From Spirochaetia bacterium (GTDB taxonomy: Bacteria; Spirochaetota; Spirochaetia; SZUA-6; Fen-1364): a stretch of 64,000 nucleotides of DNA. Of the stretch, positions 28,378-37,146 are shown piece by piece. The stretch lies in the NCBI GenBank assembly GCA_049515135.1, contig JBEKUJ010000020.1, positions 257 to 64,256 on the forward strand, read 5' to 3'. The translations under genes were made by a program, and so were the position numbers. Position 1 is the first letter of the stretch. The number at the start of each line of letters is the position of its first letter. The notes under the pieces were generated by a model that did no database searches, was not told where the DNA came from, and saw only the letters and a list, made by a program, of their open reading frames with translations.

Positions 28378-28833
28378 ATGGATCTGAATCTGACGATGTC
28401 GGCACAGGACATGCTCCAGCTCAATCGCGATGTTGACGCTTTCAACAAGTCGATTTCCAATTCCAACGCAAAGAAACCGAACGAAGGGCTGGACAGGAAC
28501 GATTTCCTCAAGATCCTCATCACCCAGCTCAGCCACCAGGATCCGACGCAGCCTGTGGAGGACAAGGAGTTCATTGCGCAGATGGCCCAGTTCTCCAGCC
28601 TGGAGCAGATAACCAACATGAACGAGGGACTGTCAAAGGTGGCGGACCTGGTGGCAAGGAGCCAGGCGCTCAACGTTCTTGGCAGCAACGTTGACGTCGC
28701 GGACGGAGAAGCTACCGTGTCGGGGATCGTTGATGCAGTGACCGCCGGAGACTATCCGCAGATCCTTGTCAACGGCAGGTATTACGATTTTTCCCAGGTG
28801 CAGAAGATCAAAAGAGCTTCGGGTAAGGAGTAA
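28378..28833 (+). CDS. flgD: flagellar hook assembly (cap) protein FlgD
   Basis: GLDRNDFLKILITQLSHQDPTQPVEDKEFIAQMAQFSSLEQ is the classic FlgD N-terminal motif. Confidence 0.93.
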   Translation: MDLNLTMSAQDMLQLNRDVDAFNKSISNSNAKKPNEGLDRNDFLKILITQLSHQDPTQPVEDKEFIAQMAQFSSLEQITNMNEGLSKVADLVARSQALNVLGSNVDVADGEATVSGIVDAVTAGDYPQILVNGRYYDFSQVQKIKRASGKE

Positions 28834-28839
28834 CAGCAT

Positions 28840-30228
28840 ATGATGAGGTCGCTTTGGGCCGGCGTATCGGGTCTTGTAAACCACCAGACGCGGATGGATG
28901 TGCTGGGCAACAACATCGCCAACGTGAACACCAACGGCTTCAAGAAGGGCAGAGTGACGTTCCAGGACATGCTCTCCCAGACCCTTTCTGGCGCCGCGAA
29001 GCCCACCGATGAGGTGGGCGGTGTCAACCCCCAGCAGGTCGGCCTGGGCATGATGGTCTCCACCATCGACACCATCCACACCCAGGGGTCGTTGCAGTCC
29101 ACTGGCGTCATGACCGACGTCGCCATCCAGGGCAACGGGTTCTTTGTCCTGAAGGACGGCAACAAGCAGTTTTACACCCGCAACGGTGCGTTCGCGCTGG
29201 ACCAGGACGGGCGGCTGGTGAATCCTGCAAACGGTCGGCGCGTGCAGGGTTGGATGGCACAGACCGTGGGCGGCGCGACCTTCGTGAACAACGCCGCGGA
29301 AGTCCAGGACCTGCAGATACCGGTGGGCAGCAAGGACCCGGCCCGCGCAACGGCCAACGTCTTTTTTGCCAGCAACCTGGACAAGAGAACCCCGGAAATT
29401 CCGGCCGGAGCAACCGCGCAGACAATCCAGGAAGGCACCTGGCAGACGAGCTTCGATATTTATGACTCGTTTGGCAGGGTCCACAAGCTGCAGGTCAACT
29501 TCGCCAAGGTGCCCGGAGTGGCCAACAGGTGGCAGGGACAGGTGCTGGTGGATCCCGCCGCCCAGGCAACGACAAACCCCCGGGTCCAGATCGGCAACGG
29601 CCCTGCGGCCGGGAACACGTTCTTCATCGACTTCGACAACCTCGGCGCCCTTGCCGACGTCAGGGACGCTGCAGGCACCATCGTCAACGCCGGTCAGCTG
29701 CAGGCGCAGGCTTCGTACGACGTGCCTGACGTGACTGTTCCCGCAGGTCAGGCCACGGTCCGCCAGACCTTCAACCTCAACCTCGGCCAGGTCGGGGCGT
29801 ACCGGGACGCCGTCACGCAGTTCGGGGATACCAGCTCCACGAAGGCTGTCCGGCAGGACGGCTACACCATGGGCTATCTCGAGAGCTTCAAGATCGACCA
29901 GTCAGGCGTGATCACCGGGGTCTACACGAACGGGTCCAACAGAGTGATCGGTCAGATCGGGCTTGCGAGCTTCACCAACCCGGGAGGCCTGGAAAAGGAC
30001 GGAGAGAACACGTACGTGGTTTCCAATAATTCAGGCGCGCCGAATGTCGGCCCTTCGGGCTCGGCGGGAAAGGGGAAGATCATAGCGGGAACGCTCGAAA
30101 TGTCGAACGTCGACCTCGCGGAGCAGTTCACCGACATGATCGTGACGGAGAGGGGCTTCCAGGCGAACTCCCGCACCATTACGACCTCCGACCAGATGCT
30201 CCAGGAGCTTCTGACTCTGAAGAGGTAG
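28840..30228 (+). CDS. flgE: flagellar hook protein FlgE
   Basis: N-terminal [35 protein letters not shown]-terminal [43 protein letters not shown]. 462 aa. See the finding on Ser178. Confidence 0.95.
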   Translation: MMRSLWAGVSGLVNHQTRMDVLGNNIANVNTNGFKKGRVTFQDMLSQTLSGAAKPTDEVGGVNPQQVGLGMMVSTIDTIHTQGSLQSTGVMTDVAIQGNGFFVLKDGNKQFYTRNGAFALDQDGRLVNPANGRRVQGWMAQTVGGATFVNNAAEVQDLQIPVGSKDPARATANVFFASNLDKRTPEIPAGATAQTIQEGTWQTSFDIYDSFGRVHKLQVNFAKVPGVANRWQGQVLVDPAAQATTNPRVQIGNGPAAGNTFFIDFDNLGALADVRDAAGTIVNAGQLQAQASYDVPDVTVPAGQATVRQTFNLNLGQVGAYRDAVTQFGDTSSTKAVRQDGYTMGYLESFKIDQSGVITGVYTNGSNRVIGQIGLASFTNPGGLEKDGENTYVVSNNSGAPNVGPSGSAGKGKIIAGTLEMSNVDLAEQFTDMIVTERGFQANSRTITTSDQMLQELLTLKR

Positions 30229-30254
30229 GGGGCGCGCGTGAGAACCGGAAATAA

Positions 30255-30452
30255 ATGGTAGAAGTGACGCGACTGGACGGGAAGACATACTATGTGAACC
30301 CGCACCAGATCGAATACATCGAGCGCAACCCCGACACCACGCTTGTGATGCTGTCGGGAAAAAGGCTGGTAGTCCGCGAGGACTACCAGACTGTTTTTCG
30401 GCGCATTGTGGAGTACAGGAAGCTGATCGGAGCGTTGAAGAGCGAAGACTGA
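30255..30452 (+). CDS. flbD: flagellar protein FlbD
   Basis: 65 aa. MVEVTRLDGKTYYVNPHQIEYIERNPDTTLVMLSGKRLVVRE is a typical FlbD. Confidence 0.88.
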   Translation: MVEVTRLDGKTYYVNPHQIEYIERNPDTTLVMLSGKRLVVREDYQTVFRRIVEYRKLIGALKSED

Positions 30453-30588
30453 CGCGTTGCCCGAATGACTTTGTGCTGCATCCGGAGGATGCAATGCTTG
30501 CGACGGCTGAGGGCAGGCAGCTTCGGTCACTGCCATGGAGTTGCGTTAGGAAGTATATTCGTGTTAGTATGGCAAAAGGGGGGAGGGG

Positions 30589-31143
30589 ATGGCTGACGAA
30601 CAGCAGGACATGAATCTTGAAGATGTCGGCGCAGGCGTTGAAGACGCCGGCGGTCCCCGCAGGGGAGGGCTGTTCTCCGGCCTGATGCTGAACATCCTCA
30701 AGTGGGCGGCCATCGGGGTGGGTGTCATCATCCTGGTTGTCACCACGACGGTTGTGACCTTCAACGCCCTCAAGAAAGGGGCTACGTCGCAGAACCTTGC
30801 CGCTGTCTCTCCCGCATACCAGAGCAAGGAGCCGCCGCTCGCCTACTACGACAACATCGACCAGATCAGGGGTCAGACAGCGGATGAGACGCCTGCGGTT
30901 TACCTTATGCGGGTCAGCCTGGGCTACGACCCCACGGACAAGCAGATCAGCGTGGAGATAGGCCTTCGGGAGCGGGAGATCCAGAACCTACTCCTGAAGC
31001 TCATCTCCAGCAAGACCGCGGCGGAGCTCAGCCCGACGCATTACGACGAGATCCAGGAAGAGCTGAAGGATTCCATCAACGCAACCATGACCACGGGCAA
31101 GATCAAGAGCGTGGTGTTCCGAGAGTTCACGGTGGTGAAGTAG
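30589..31143 (+). CDS. fliL: flagellar basal body-associated protein FliL
   Basis: Single TM (WAAIGVGVIILVVTTTVV), then a periplasmic FliL domain (AVYLMRVSLGYD...IKSVVFREFTVV). Lies immediately upstream of fliM. Confidence 0.85.
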   Translation: MADEQQDMNLEDVGAGVEDAGGPRRGGLFSGLMLNILKWAAIGVGVIILVVTTTVVTFNALKKGATSQNLAAVSPAYQSKEPPLAYYDNIDQIRGQTADETPAVYLMRVSLGYDPTDKQISVEIGLREREIQNLLLKLISSKTAAELSPTHYDEIQEELKDSINATMTTGKIKSVVFREFTVVK

Positions 31144-31144
31144 G

Positions 31145-32176
31145 ATGACGGAAGTCCTTTCCCAGGACGAGATAGACCAGCTTCTCACCGCAATCTCTTC
31201 CGGCGAAGTTGCCACGGAGGAGATCAGCGCGCCCGCGGACCAGCGCAAGATCAAGATCTATGACTTCAAGAGGCCCGACAAGTTTTCCAAGGACCAGATA
31301 CGCACCGTCTCCATCATGCATGAGACTTTCGCCCGGCAGACCACAACCGCGTTGTCGTCCCAGCTGCGCAGCCTGGCGCACGTGCACGTGGCTTCCGTTG
31401 ACCAGCTCACCTATGAAGAGTTCATCCGCTCCATTCCCAACCCGACCACCATCGCAGTCATCAACATGGACCCGCTGAAGGGGTCCGCCATCCTGGAGAT
31501 CGACCCCGCGGTAACCTTCTCCATCATAGACCGGCTGTTCGGCGGACAGGGGGAAGGGGCCAAGTTCACGCGGGAGCTCACCGACATCGAGGCCTCGGTC
31601 ATAGAAGGCATCATCGTCCGCATCCTCGGCAACCTGCGGGAGGCATGGGCCACAGTCATCGACCTTCGGCCGCGCCTGGGACAGATCGAGACGAACCCTC
31701 AATTCGCCCAGATCGTTCCTCCTTCAGAAATGGTGGTCCTGGTGACGCTGGAAACAAAGGTGGGTGAAGTCGAGGGGATGATGAACTTCTGCATCCCCTA
31801 TCTCACAATCGAGCCCATCATTCCCAAGCTCTCCGCGCAGTACGTCTACTCCTCCATGCGCCGGGGCACCACGACAGAGAACCTCAGCCTCCTGCGTGAC
31901 CGGCTGGCGGGAATAGAGATCGCGCTGGTGGCCGAGGTGGGCTCCATCGACATCACGATGCGTGACGTGCTTGCCTTGCGCCTGGGGGACATCATCAGGC
32001 TGCAGAATGTGCGCGTGAGCGATCCCATGATGCTGAAGATCGGGGATCGGAGGAAGTTTCTCTGCCGGCCGGGCGTCGTGGGCAATAAGATCGCCGTCCA
32101 GGTGCTGAAGAAGCTCGAGGATATAGAACAGGCTGAGTTCGAGGAACTCGTCACGGATGAGGGAGAGGAAGCATGA
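31145..32176 (+). CDS. fliM: flagellar motor switch protein FliM
   Basis: N-terminal CheY-P binding peptide LSQDEIDQLL, KIYDFKRPDKFSKDQIR, central CheC-like domain and a C-terminal SpoA domain. Confidence 0.95.
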   Translation: MTEVLSQDEIDQLLTAISSGEVATEEISAPADQRKIKIYDFKRPDKFSKDQIRTVSIMHETFARQTTTALSSQLRSLAHVHVASVDQLTYEEFIRSIPNPTTIAVINMDPLKGSAILEIDPAVTFSIIDRLFGGQGEGAKFTRELTDIEASVIEGIIVRILGNLREAWATVIDLRPRLGQIETNPQFAQIVPPSEMVVLVTLETKVGEVEGMMNFCIPYLTIEPIIPKLSAQYVYSSMRRGTTTENLSLLRDRLAGIEIALVAEVGSIDITMRDVLALRLGDIIRLQNVRVSDPMMLKIGDRRKFLCRPGVVGNKIAVQVLKKLEDIEQAEFEELVTDEGEEA

Positions 32177-33297
32177 GTGACGGATCACTCTCGCAGGACG
32201 AGATAGACGCCCTGTTGCAGGGGACAGACACAATCGAGATGGACACCTCTGCCGGAGGCCCGTCTCCCATGTCGGATGCGGAGAGAACGGCCCTGCAGGA
32301 AATGCTGCGGGGGGTCACCGAGAGCCAGGGGTCGAACCTCTCCATCCTCACCGGCAAGACGGTGGCGATCGGGGACCCGAGCGTGAAGGTGCGGCCTGTC
32401 GCGGAGATCCTGGGCGCGCAGCCGGAGGATGTCGTGGATGTCCGCGTCGACCTGACTGACGGACTCCAGGGTGAGCACTCCTACATCGTGCCGGCCACCA
32501 TTGCGGGGACCATCGCGGGTCTCATGATGGGGCAGCAGGGCGGAGAGCTGGACGAAGCGTCGCTTTCCGCAGTTGCTGAGGCGATCTCCCAGATAACCGG
32601 AACGGCCGCAACGGCCATTGGAAACAGGGTGGGAAGGGTCGTGAAGACGGCTCCGCCGGACCTTCGCCGCACGCGGAGGCAGCAGGCCCGGGTGCCGCAG
32701 GGGGATGTGTGCGTCACGGTGGACTACCCCATCTCCATTGAAGGGTTTCCCACTGCGACGATGACGGAGGTGTTCTCCCTGTCCCTTGCCTCTGAGATTC
32801 TTTCCTTGGCCGGGAGCAGCGGAGAGACGGCGCAGCCAGCCGCGGCCTTCGGGGCGTCTGCGCGGCCACGGGCTGCTGCACGCCCTGCTCAGTCCGCGGG
32901 AGGTGGAGAACCTCCGGGCTACCAGCAGACTTTCGGACAGGCCTTCGGCGGGCCCGCTCAGGGTCCTGCCATGGCGCCGCCGAACGTCCAGCCCATCCAG
33001 TTCGCCAACCTGCAGGGCGCTCCTGCCGGTGGAGAGCAGGGCAACATAGGTCTTCTCATGGACGTCTACATGGAGATGACCGTCGAGCTGGGACGCACCC
33101 GAAAGAGGATCAAGGATATCCTGGGGATCGGAGAAGGAACCATCATAGAGCTGGACAAGCTCGCCGGGGAGCCTGTCGACATCCTCGTGAACCACAAGCT
33201 CATTGCCAAGGGGGAAGTGGTCGTCATCGATGAAAACTTCGGTGTGCGTGTAACGGAGATCGTTTCGCAGATGGACAGGATGAACGAGTTGACCTAG
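32173..33297 (+). CDS. fliY: flagellar motor switch protein FliY (CheC-like domain fused to a FliN/SpoA domain)
   Basis: N-terminal LSQDEIDALL peptide, two CheC-type repeats, a Pro/Ala/Gly-rich linker, and C-terminal FliN (MEMTVELGRTRKRIKDILGIGEGTIIELDKLAGEPVDILVNHKLIAKGEVVVIDENFGVRVTEI). Confidence 0.9.
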   Translation: MSDGSLSQDEIDALLQGTDTIEMDTSAGGPSPMSDAERTALQEMLRGVTESQGSNLSILTGKTVAIGDPSVKVRPVAEILGAQPEDVVDVRVDLTDGLQGEHSYIVPATIAGTIAGLMMGQQGGELDEASLSAVAEAISQITGTAATAIGNRVGRVVKTAPPDLRRTRRQQARVPQGDVCVTVDYPISIEGFPTATMTEVFSLSLASEILSLAGSSGETAQPAAAFGASARPRAAARPAQSAGGGEPPGYQQTFGQAFGGPAQGPAMAPPNVQPIQFANLQGAPAGGEQGNIGLLMDVYMEMTVELGRTRKRIKDILGIGEGTIIELDKLAGEPVDILVNHKLIAKGEVVVIDENFGVRVTEIVSQMDRMNELT

Positions 33298-33312
33298 CGC
33301 TTTTACGGTCTG

Positions 33313-33340
33313 GCGCGGAACGTGCAGCCGCGTTCCGCGC
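33313..33340 (+). other. 10-bp GC-rich hairpin in the fliY-fliO spacer
   Basis: GCGCGGAACG (33313-33322), an 8-nt loop, then CGTTCCGCGC (33331-33340). No U-tract. Lies inside an otherwise tightly packed operon. Confidence 0.45.
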
Positions 33341-33404
33341 AGAACCGCAAGGGCGCATCACAGACTTTCAGATTTTTACTGGGAGGGGGAATCTGAAAAA
33401 ACTG

Positions 33405-34064
33405 ATGCGTATTTTCGCGGGCGCCGCAATGGCGCTTGCGATAGCCGCGCTGCCGGTGGCAGCGCAGGCGAAGGACACCAGCGCACCGGCCGGAGCAGCT
33501 CCGGCGGGCGCTTCAGGAGCTCAGACAAGTCCCAACGAGTCAGAGCTCGTCATACCGGACACAGACGGAAGCTCACGCACTGCCGCCCAGGGAAGGAACG
33601 TCTCCGGTGCGCCGCCTGGACAGTCGGTCCAGGCCGCGACCCCGGGAGTCTCAACCTGGGATTTCGTGAGGATGCTCATCATCCTTGCCGCGGTGGTGGG
33701 GGCCATCTACCTGCTGTTCTGGATCCTGCGCAGAAGCGCGGGCCGCAAGATCACGGAAAACAACCTTATTCACGTGCTGGGCTCCCGAAGCCTTGCCGGC
33801 AACAGGTCTCTACACCTGGTCGAGGTGGGTTCCTCCGTGTTTCTCGTGGGGGCATCCGACGGCGGTGTTGAGCTGATATCGGAGATCACGGACAAGGAAA
33901 GCCTTGACTCGGTGAGGCTGAAGGCAGCGGAGGAGACCCCCGGAGGCAGGAGGAACTTTCAGCAGCTGCTTTCCGAGATCTTCCGCCCCGCAGCTCGGTC
34001 GGTTTCCCTGGGAGAGGGGGTCGGGTTTCTGCGGGGCCAGAGGGACAGGTTGAGAAAGCTATGA
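33405..34064 (+). CDS. fliO: flagellar biosynthesis protein FliO/FliZ
   Basis: Signal-like N-terminus, Ala/Pro-rich segment, one TM (FVRMLIILAAVVGAIYLLFWIL), then LHLVEVGSSVFLVGASDGGVELI. Sits immediately upstream of and overlaps fliP. Confidence 0.65.
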   Translation: MRIFAGAAMALAIAALPVAAQAKDTSAPAGAAPAGASGAQTSPNESELVIPDTDGSSRTAAQGRNVSGAPPGQSVQAATPGVSTWDFVRMLIILAAVVGAIYLLFWILRRSAGRKITENNLIHVLGSRSLAGNRSLHLVEVGSSVFLVGASDGGVELISEITDKESLDSVRLKAAEETPGGRRNFQQLLSEIFRPAARSVSLGEGVGFLRGQRDRLRKL

Positions 34065-34879
34065 AGAGAACAATCGCCGCTGCGCTGCTTGCGGCAACGC
34101 TCGCTGCACTGTTCCCCCTGGGGGCATTTGCCCAGGCTGCCGCCCCGGCGGCCGCTGCCGCCGCGCCGCGCGCGGGCGCAGCCGGAGCCGCCACCCTGCC
34201 GGTGCCGTATGTCGACTTCAACGTTCGAACCGCGCGGAGCAACCAGGAAGTGGTCCTCTCCGTGCAGCTCCTGCTCCTTCTCACTGTGCTCGCGCTGGCC
34301 CCGTCCATCCTCATCCTGACCACCTGTTTCCTGCGCATCGCAATTGTTTTCGACTTCGTCAAGCGCGCCTTGTCCCTGCAGTCTGCTCCGCCCAACCAGG
34401 TGATGATGGGGCTCGCCCTGTTTCTCACTCTGTTCATCATGTGGCCGACCTTCAGCCAGATCTACGAGTCCTCCCTCAAGCCCTTCGGTGAAGGGAAGAT
34501 GGGCCTGCAGGAGATGTATTCGAATGCGGAGAAACCCCTGAGGATCTTCATGTATCGCCAGATCGGAAGCGACGCCCAGTCCATCCGTCTTTTCATGAGC
34601 ATGAGGGGACTGCCCAAGCCGCGCACCCTTGCTGACGTTCCAACGTACGTGCTGATTCCGGCGTTCGTCATCCATGAGATGACCGTCGCATTCAAGATAG
34701 GGATACTTCTGTTCATACCGTTCATCATCATCGACATGGTGGTCGCATCCACCCTCATGTCGATGGGAATGATCATGCTGCCTCCGGTGATGATCTCCAT
34801 GCCGTTCAAGCTGATCCTTTTCGTGCTGGTGGACGGATGGGGTTTGCTCACAATGCAGCTGGTGAGGAGCTTCAGATGA
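34061..34879 (+). CDS. fliP: flagellar type III export protein FliP
   Basis: LTVLALAPSILILTTCFLRIAIVFDFVKRALSLQSAPPNQV, FVIHEMTVAFKIGILLFIPFIIIDMVVASTLMSMGMIMLPP. Confidence 0.96.
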   Translation: MKRTIAAALLAATLAALFPLGAFAQAAAPAAAAAAPRAGAAGAATLPVPYVDFNVRTARSNQEVVLSVQLLLLLTVLALAPSILILTTCFLRIAIVFDFVKRALSLQSAPPNQVMMGLALFLTLFIMWPTFSQIYESSLKPFGEGKMGLQEMYSNAEKPLRIFMYRQIGSDAQSIRLFMSMRGLPKPRTLADVPTYVLIPAFVIHEMTVAFKIGILLFIPFIIIDMVVASTLMSMGMIMLPPVMISMPFKLILFVLVDGWGLLTMQLVRSFR

Positions 34880-35139
34880 GCATGGGGACTGCGATCGCGA
34901 TCATCCGTGAAGGGGTCCTGGAGACACTTATCCTGGCAGGGCCTCTCCTTCTCATTGGAATGGCGGTGGGTCTCATCGTTGCCATCTTTCAGGCCACCAC
35001 ATCCATCCAGGAACAGACCCTCAGCTTTGTCCCGAAGATCGCTGCCATCCTCCTGGGCCTGATCCTGCTCGGACGGTTCCTGCTGGACTCCCTGGTTGGC
35101 TATACGGAGAGGCTGTTCTCCATGATATCGCATATCTGA
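34876..35139 (+). CDS. fliQ: flagellar type III export protein FliQ
   Basis: Internal ATG 34876 of ORF 34837..35139 overlaps the fliP stop (ATGA). 87 aa, two TM. GPLLLIGMAVGLIVAIFQATTSIQEQTLSFVPKI. Confidence 0.92.
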   Translation: MSMGTAIAIIREGVLETLILAGPLLLIGMAVGLIVAIFQATTSIQEQTLSFVPKIAAILLGLILLGRFLLDSLVGYTERLFSMISHI

Positions 35140-35143
35140 GACC

Positions 35144-35926
35144 ATGATAGAAGCGCTGGTCGGCAACATACGGCTTTTCCTCCTGGTCTTCTTCCGCATC
35201 ATTGCGATGGTGGAGGTTGCGCCGCTTCTTTCCTCCTCATCCATACCGCAAGTTGCCAAGATCGGCCTTTCCTTCTTCACTGCCGCTTCCGTTTTTCCCT
35301 GGGTGCTGCAGTCCGGATACGCCATACCGGCAAACCCGGTGGATTACTTCTTCCTCGTGCTGGGGGAAGTCGCCATTGGCCTCCTCATCGGGTTCCTCCT
35401 CCTGCTGATTTTTTCCGCCTTTCAGCTGGCCGGCCATTTCTTCTCCCTCCAGATGGGGTTCGGCGCTTCGGAAGTCTTCGATCCCCTCTCCCAGGTGGAA
35501 GTCCCGCTCATGGGTGAGTTCCTCAACCTGATCGCAATGCTCGTCTTCATCGCGATCTCGGGAACGGGGAAATTCCTGCTGGTGGGCGTCCTCGGGTCTT
35601 TCCAGCATCTTCGCGCGGTGGACCTGGTCATGCACAAGGAGGCCATCATCTCCCTTCTGGTAAGCGGTCTGGGAGGGCTTTTCCAGAGCGCCCTGACCAT
35701 TTCTTTCCCCATCCTGGGAACATTGCTGCTCGTGTCCATCGTCATGGGCCTCCTCGCCAAGGCAGCCCCGCAAATGGATGTCCTGACCATGGGGTTTCCG
35801 GTGTCCATCGGGGTCTCATTCGTCATTCTTTTCGCGACGCTTCCCTTCCTGATGACAGCCTTCGAACGGATCGTCGATGGAAGCTTCCAGACCCTCGAGG
35901 GGTTCATCATGGGGGCTGGAAAATGA
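35144..35926 (+). CDS. fliR: flagellar type III export protein FliR
   Basis: 260-aa polytopic protein (FFRIIAMVEVAPLLSS.., LAKAAPQMDVLTMGFPVSIG) between fliQ and flhB. Confidence 0.92.
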   Translation: MIEALVGNIRLFLLVFFRIIAMVEVAPLLSSSSIPQVAKIGLSFFTAASVFPWVLQSGYAIPANPVDYFFLVLGEVAIGLLIGFLLLLIFSAFQLAGHFFSLQMGFGASEVFDPLSQVEVPLMGEFLNLIAMLVFIAISGTGKFLLVGVLGSFQHLRAVDLVMHKEAIISLLVSGLGGLFQSALTISFPILGTLLLVSIVMGLLAKAAPQMDVLTMGFPVSIGVSFVILFATLPFLMTAFERIVDGSFQTLEGFIMGAGK

Positions 35927-37116
35927 GGGCAGAACCGGTGTTCGATCTGCTGGCGCTCACCCTTCGCACGCCCTTCGACGTCCACCTCCAATGGTTCGCC
36001 GCGGAGGATGAGGGGCGGACGGAGGAGCCATCCGAGCACAAGATCAGGAAGGCGCGGGAAGAGGGAAAGGTCGCAAAGTCGTCGGAGTTCAGCTCCTCGC
36101 TGGTGCTGCTGGCAGGCATCGCTACGCTGGGTCTCCTGGGGGACTCCATGCTGAGGTCCTCCGCGGAGATGCTGAGGTTCTTCCTGTCCATATCGGCAAC
36201 CCCTGGCGCCTTCAACGGGAGCCTCATGATCGCTCTCCTGAGCTGGGCGGCCAAGATCGGGCTTCCCGTCCTGGTGGTGGCATTCGTCGTTGCAGTCCTG
36301 GGCAACGTGATCCAGGTGGGCTTTCTTTTCACCGTGAAGCCCATCACGCCGGATTTCACCCGCCTCACGCCGCGGTTCGGAAGGTGGCTGTCGCGGTCCT
36401 TCGGCTCGCCGGAAGCGCTGTTCAACCTGGCCAAGGCGGTGATCAAGATCGTGCTGATCGCCTTCATTGCGTACCTCAACATCCGCGCGGAAATCCCCCG
36501 TTTGACGCGCTTGGCGATGTCGCCGTTCTTTTCGGGCGTCTCGGTGATCGCCCAGATCGCTTTCCGCATCCTGCTGGAGGCTGCGCTGGCAATGCTCGCC
36601 TTCTCCGCCATCGACTACTGGTTCCAGCGCAGGCAGCACATCGAGTCTTTGAAGATGTCCCGGCAGGAAGTCAAGGAAGAGCGAAAGATGTACGAGGGGG
36701 ATCCCCTTACCCGCAGCAGGCTCCGCGAGCGCATGCGGGAGATCATGCGGCGCAACATGCTGAGGGCCGTGCCGAAAGCGGACGTCGTCATCACCAACCC
36801 GACGCACTACGCGGTGGCGCTGGAGTACAACCGGACGCTGATGCCCGCTCCGACGGTGGTTGCCAAGGGGGCGGACATGATTGCGCAGCGCATCCGTGAG
36901 ATCGCAACAGAAAACAATGTCCCCATCATGGAGAACAAGCCGCTCGCGCAGGCCCTCTACCGGGAAGTCGAGATCGGCGACGTCATCCCGGAGAAGTTCT
37001 ATGAAGTCATGTCCACAGTCCTTGCCGAGGTCTACCGCCTGAACAATACAACACAGTTCGCCGAAGAGGGCGCGGGCTACCAGGACGGCGGCAGGTCAGG
37101 AGAGGCTGCGATATGA
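35923..37116 (+). CDS. flhB: flagellar type III export switch protein FlhB
   Basis: LQWFAAEDEGRTEEPSEHKIRKAREEGKVAKS, four TM segments, and the autocleavage site VVITNPTHYAVAL (NPTH). Confidence 0.95.
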   Translation: MRAEPVFDLLALTLRTPFDVHLQWFAAEDEGRTEEPSEHKIRKAREEGKVAKSSEFSSSLVLLAGIATLGLLGDSMLRSSAEMLRFFLSISATPGAFNGSLMIALLSWAAKIGLPVLVVAFVVAVLGNVIQVGFLFTVKPITPDFTRLTPRFGRWLSRSFGSPEALFNLAKAVIKIVLIAFIAYLNIRAEIPRLTRLAMSPFFSGVSVIAQIAFRILLEAALAMLAFSAIDYWFQRRQHIESLKMSRQEVKEERKMYEGDPLTRSRLRERMREIMRRNMLRAVPKADVVITNPTHYAVALEYNRTLMPAPTVVAKGADMIAQRIREIATENNVPIMENKPLAQALYREVEIGDVIPEKFYEVMSTVLAEVYRLNNTTQFAEEGAGYQDGGRSGEAAI

Positions 37117-37146
37117 GAAGGCTCCTTCGCATGAAAGAGGCGCGCC

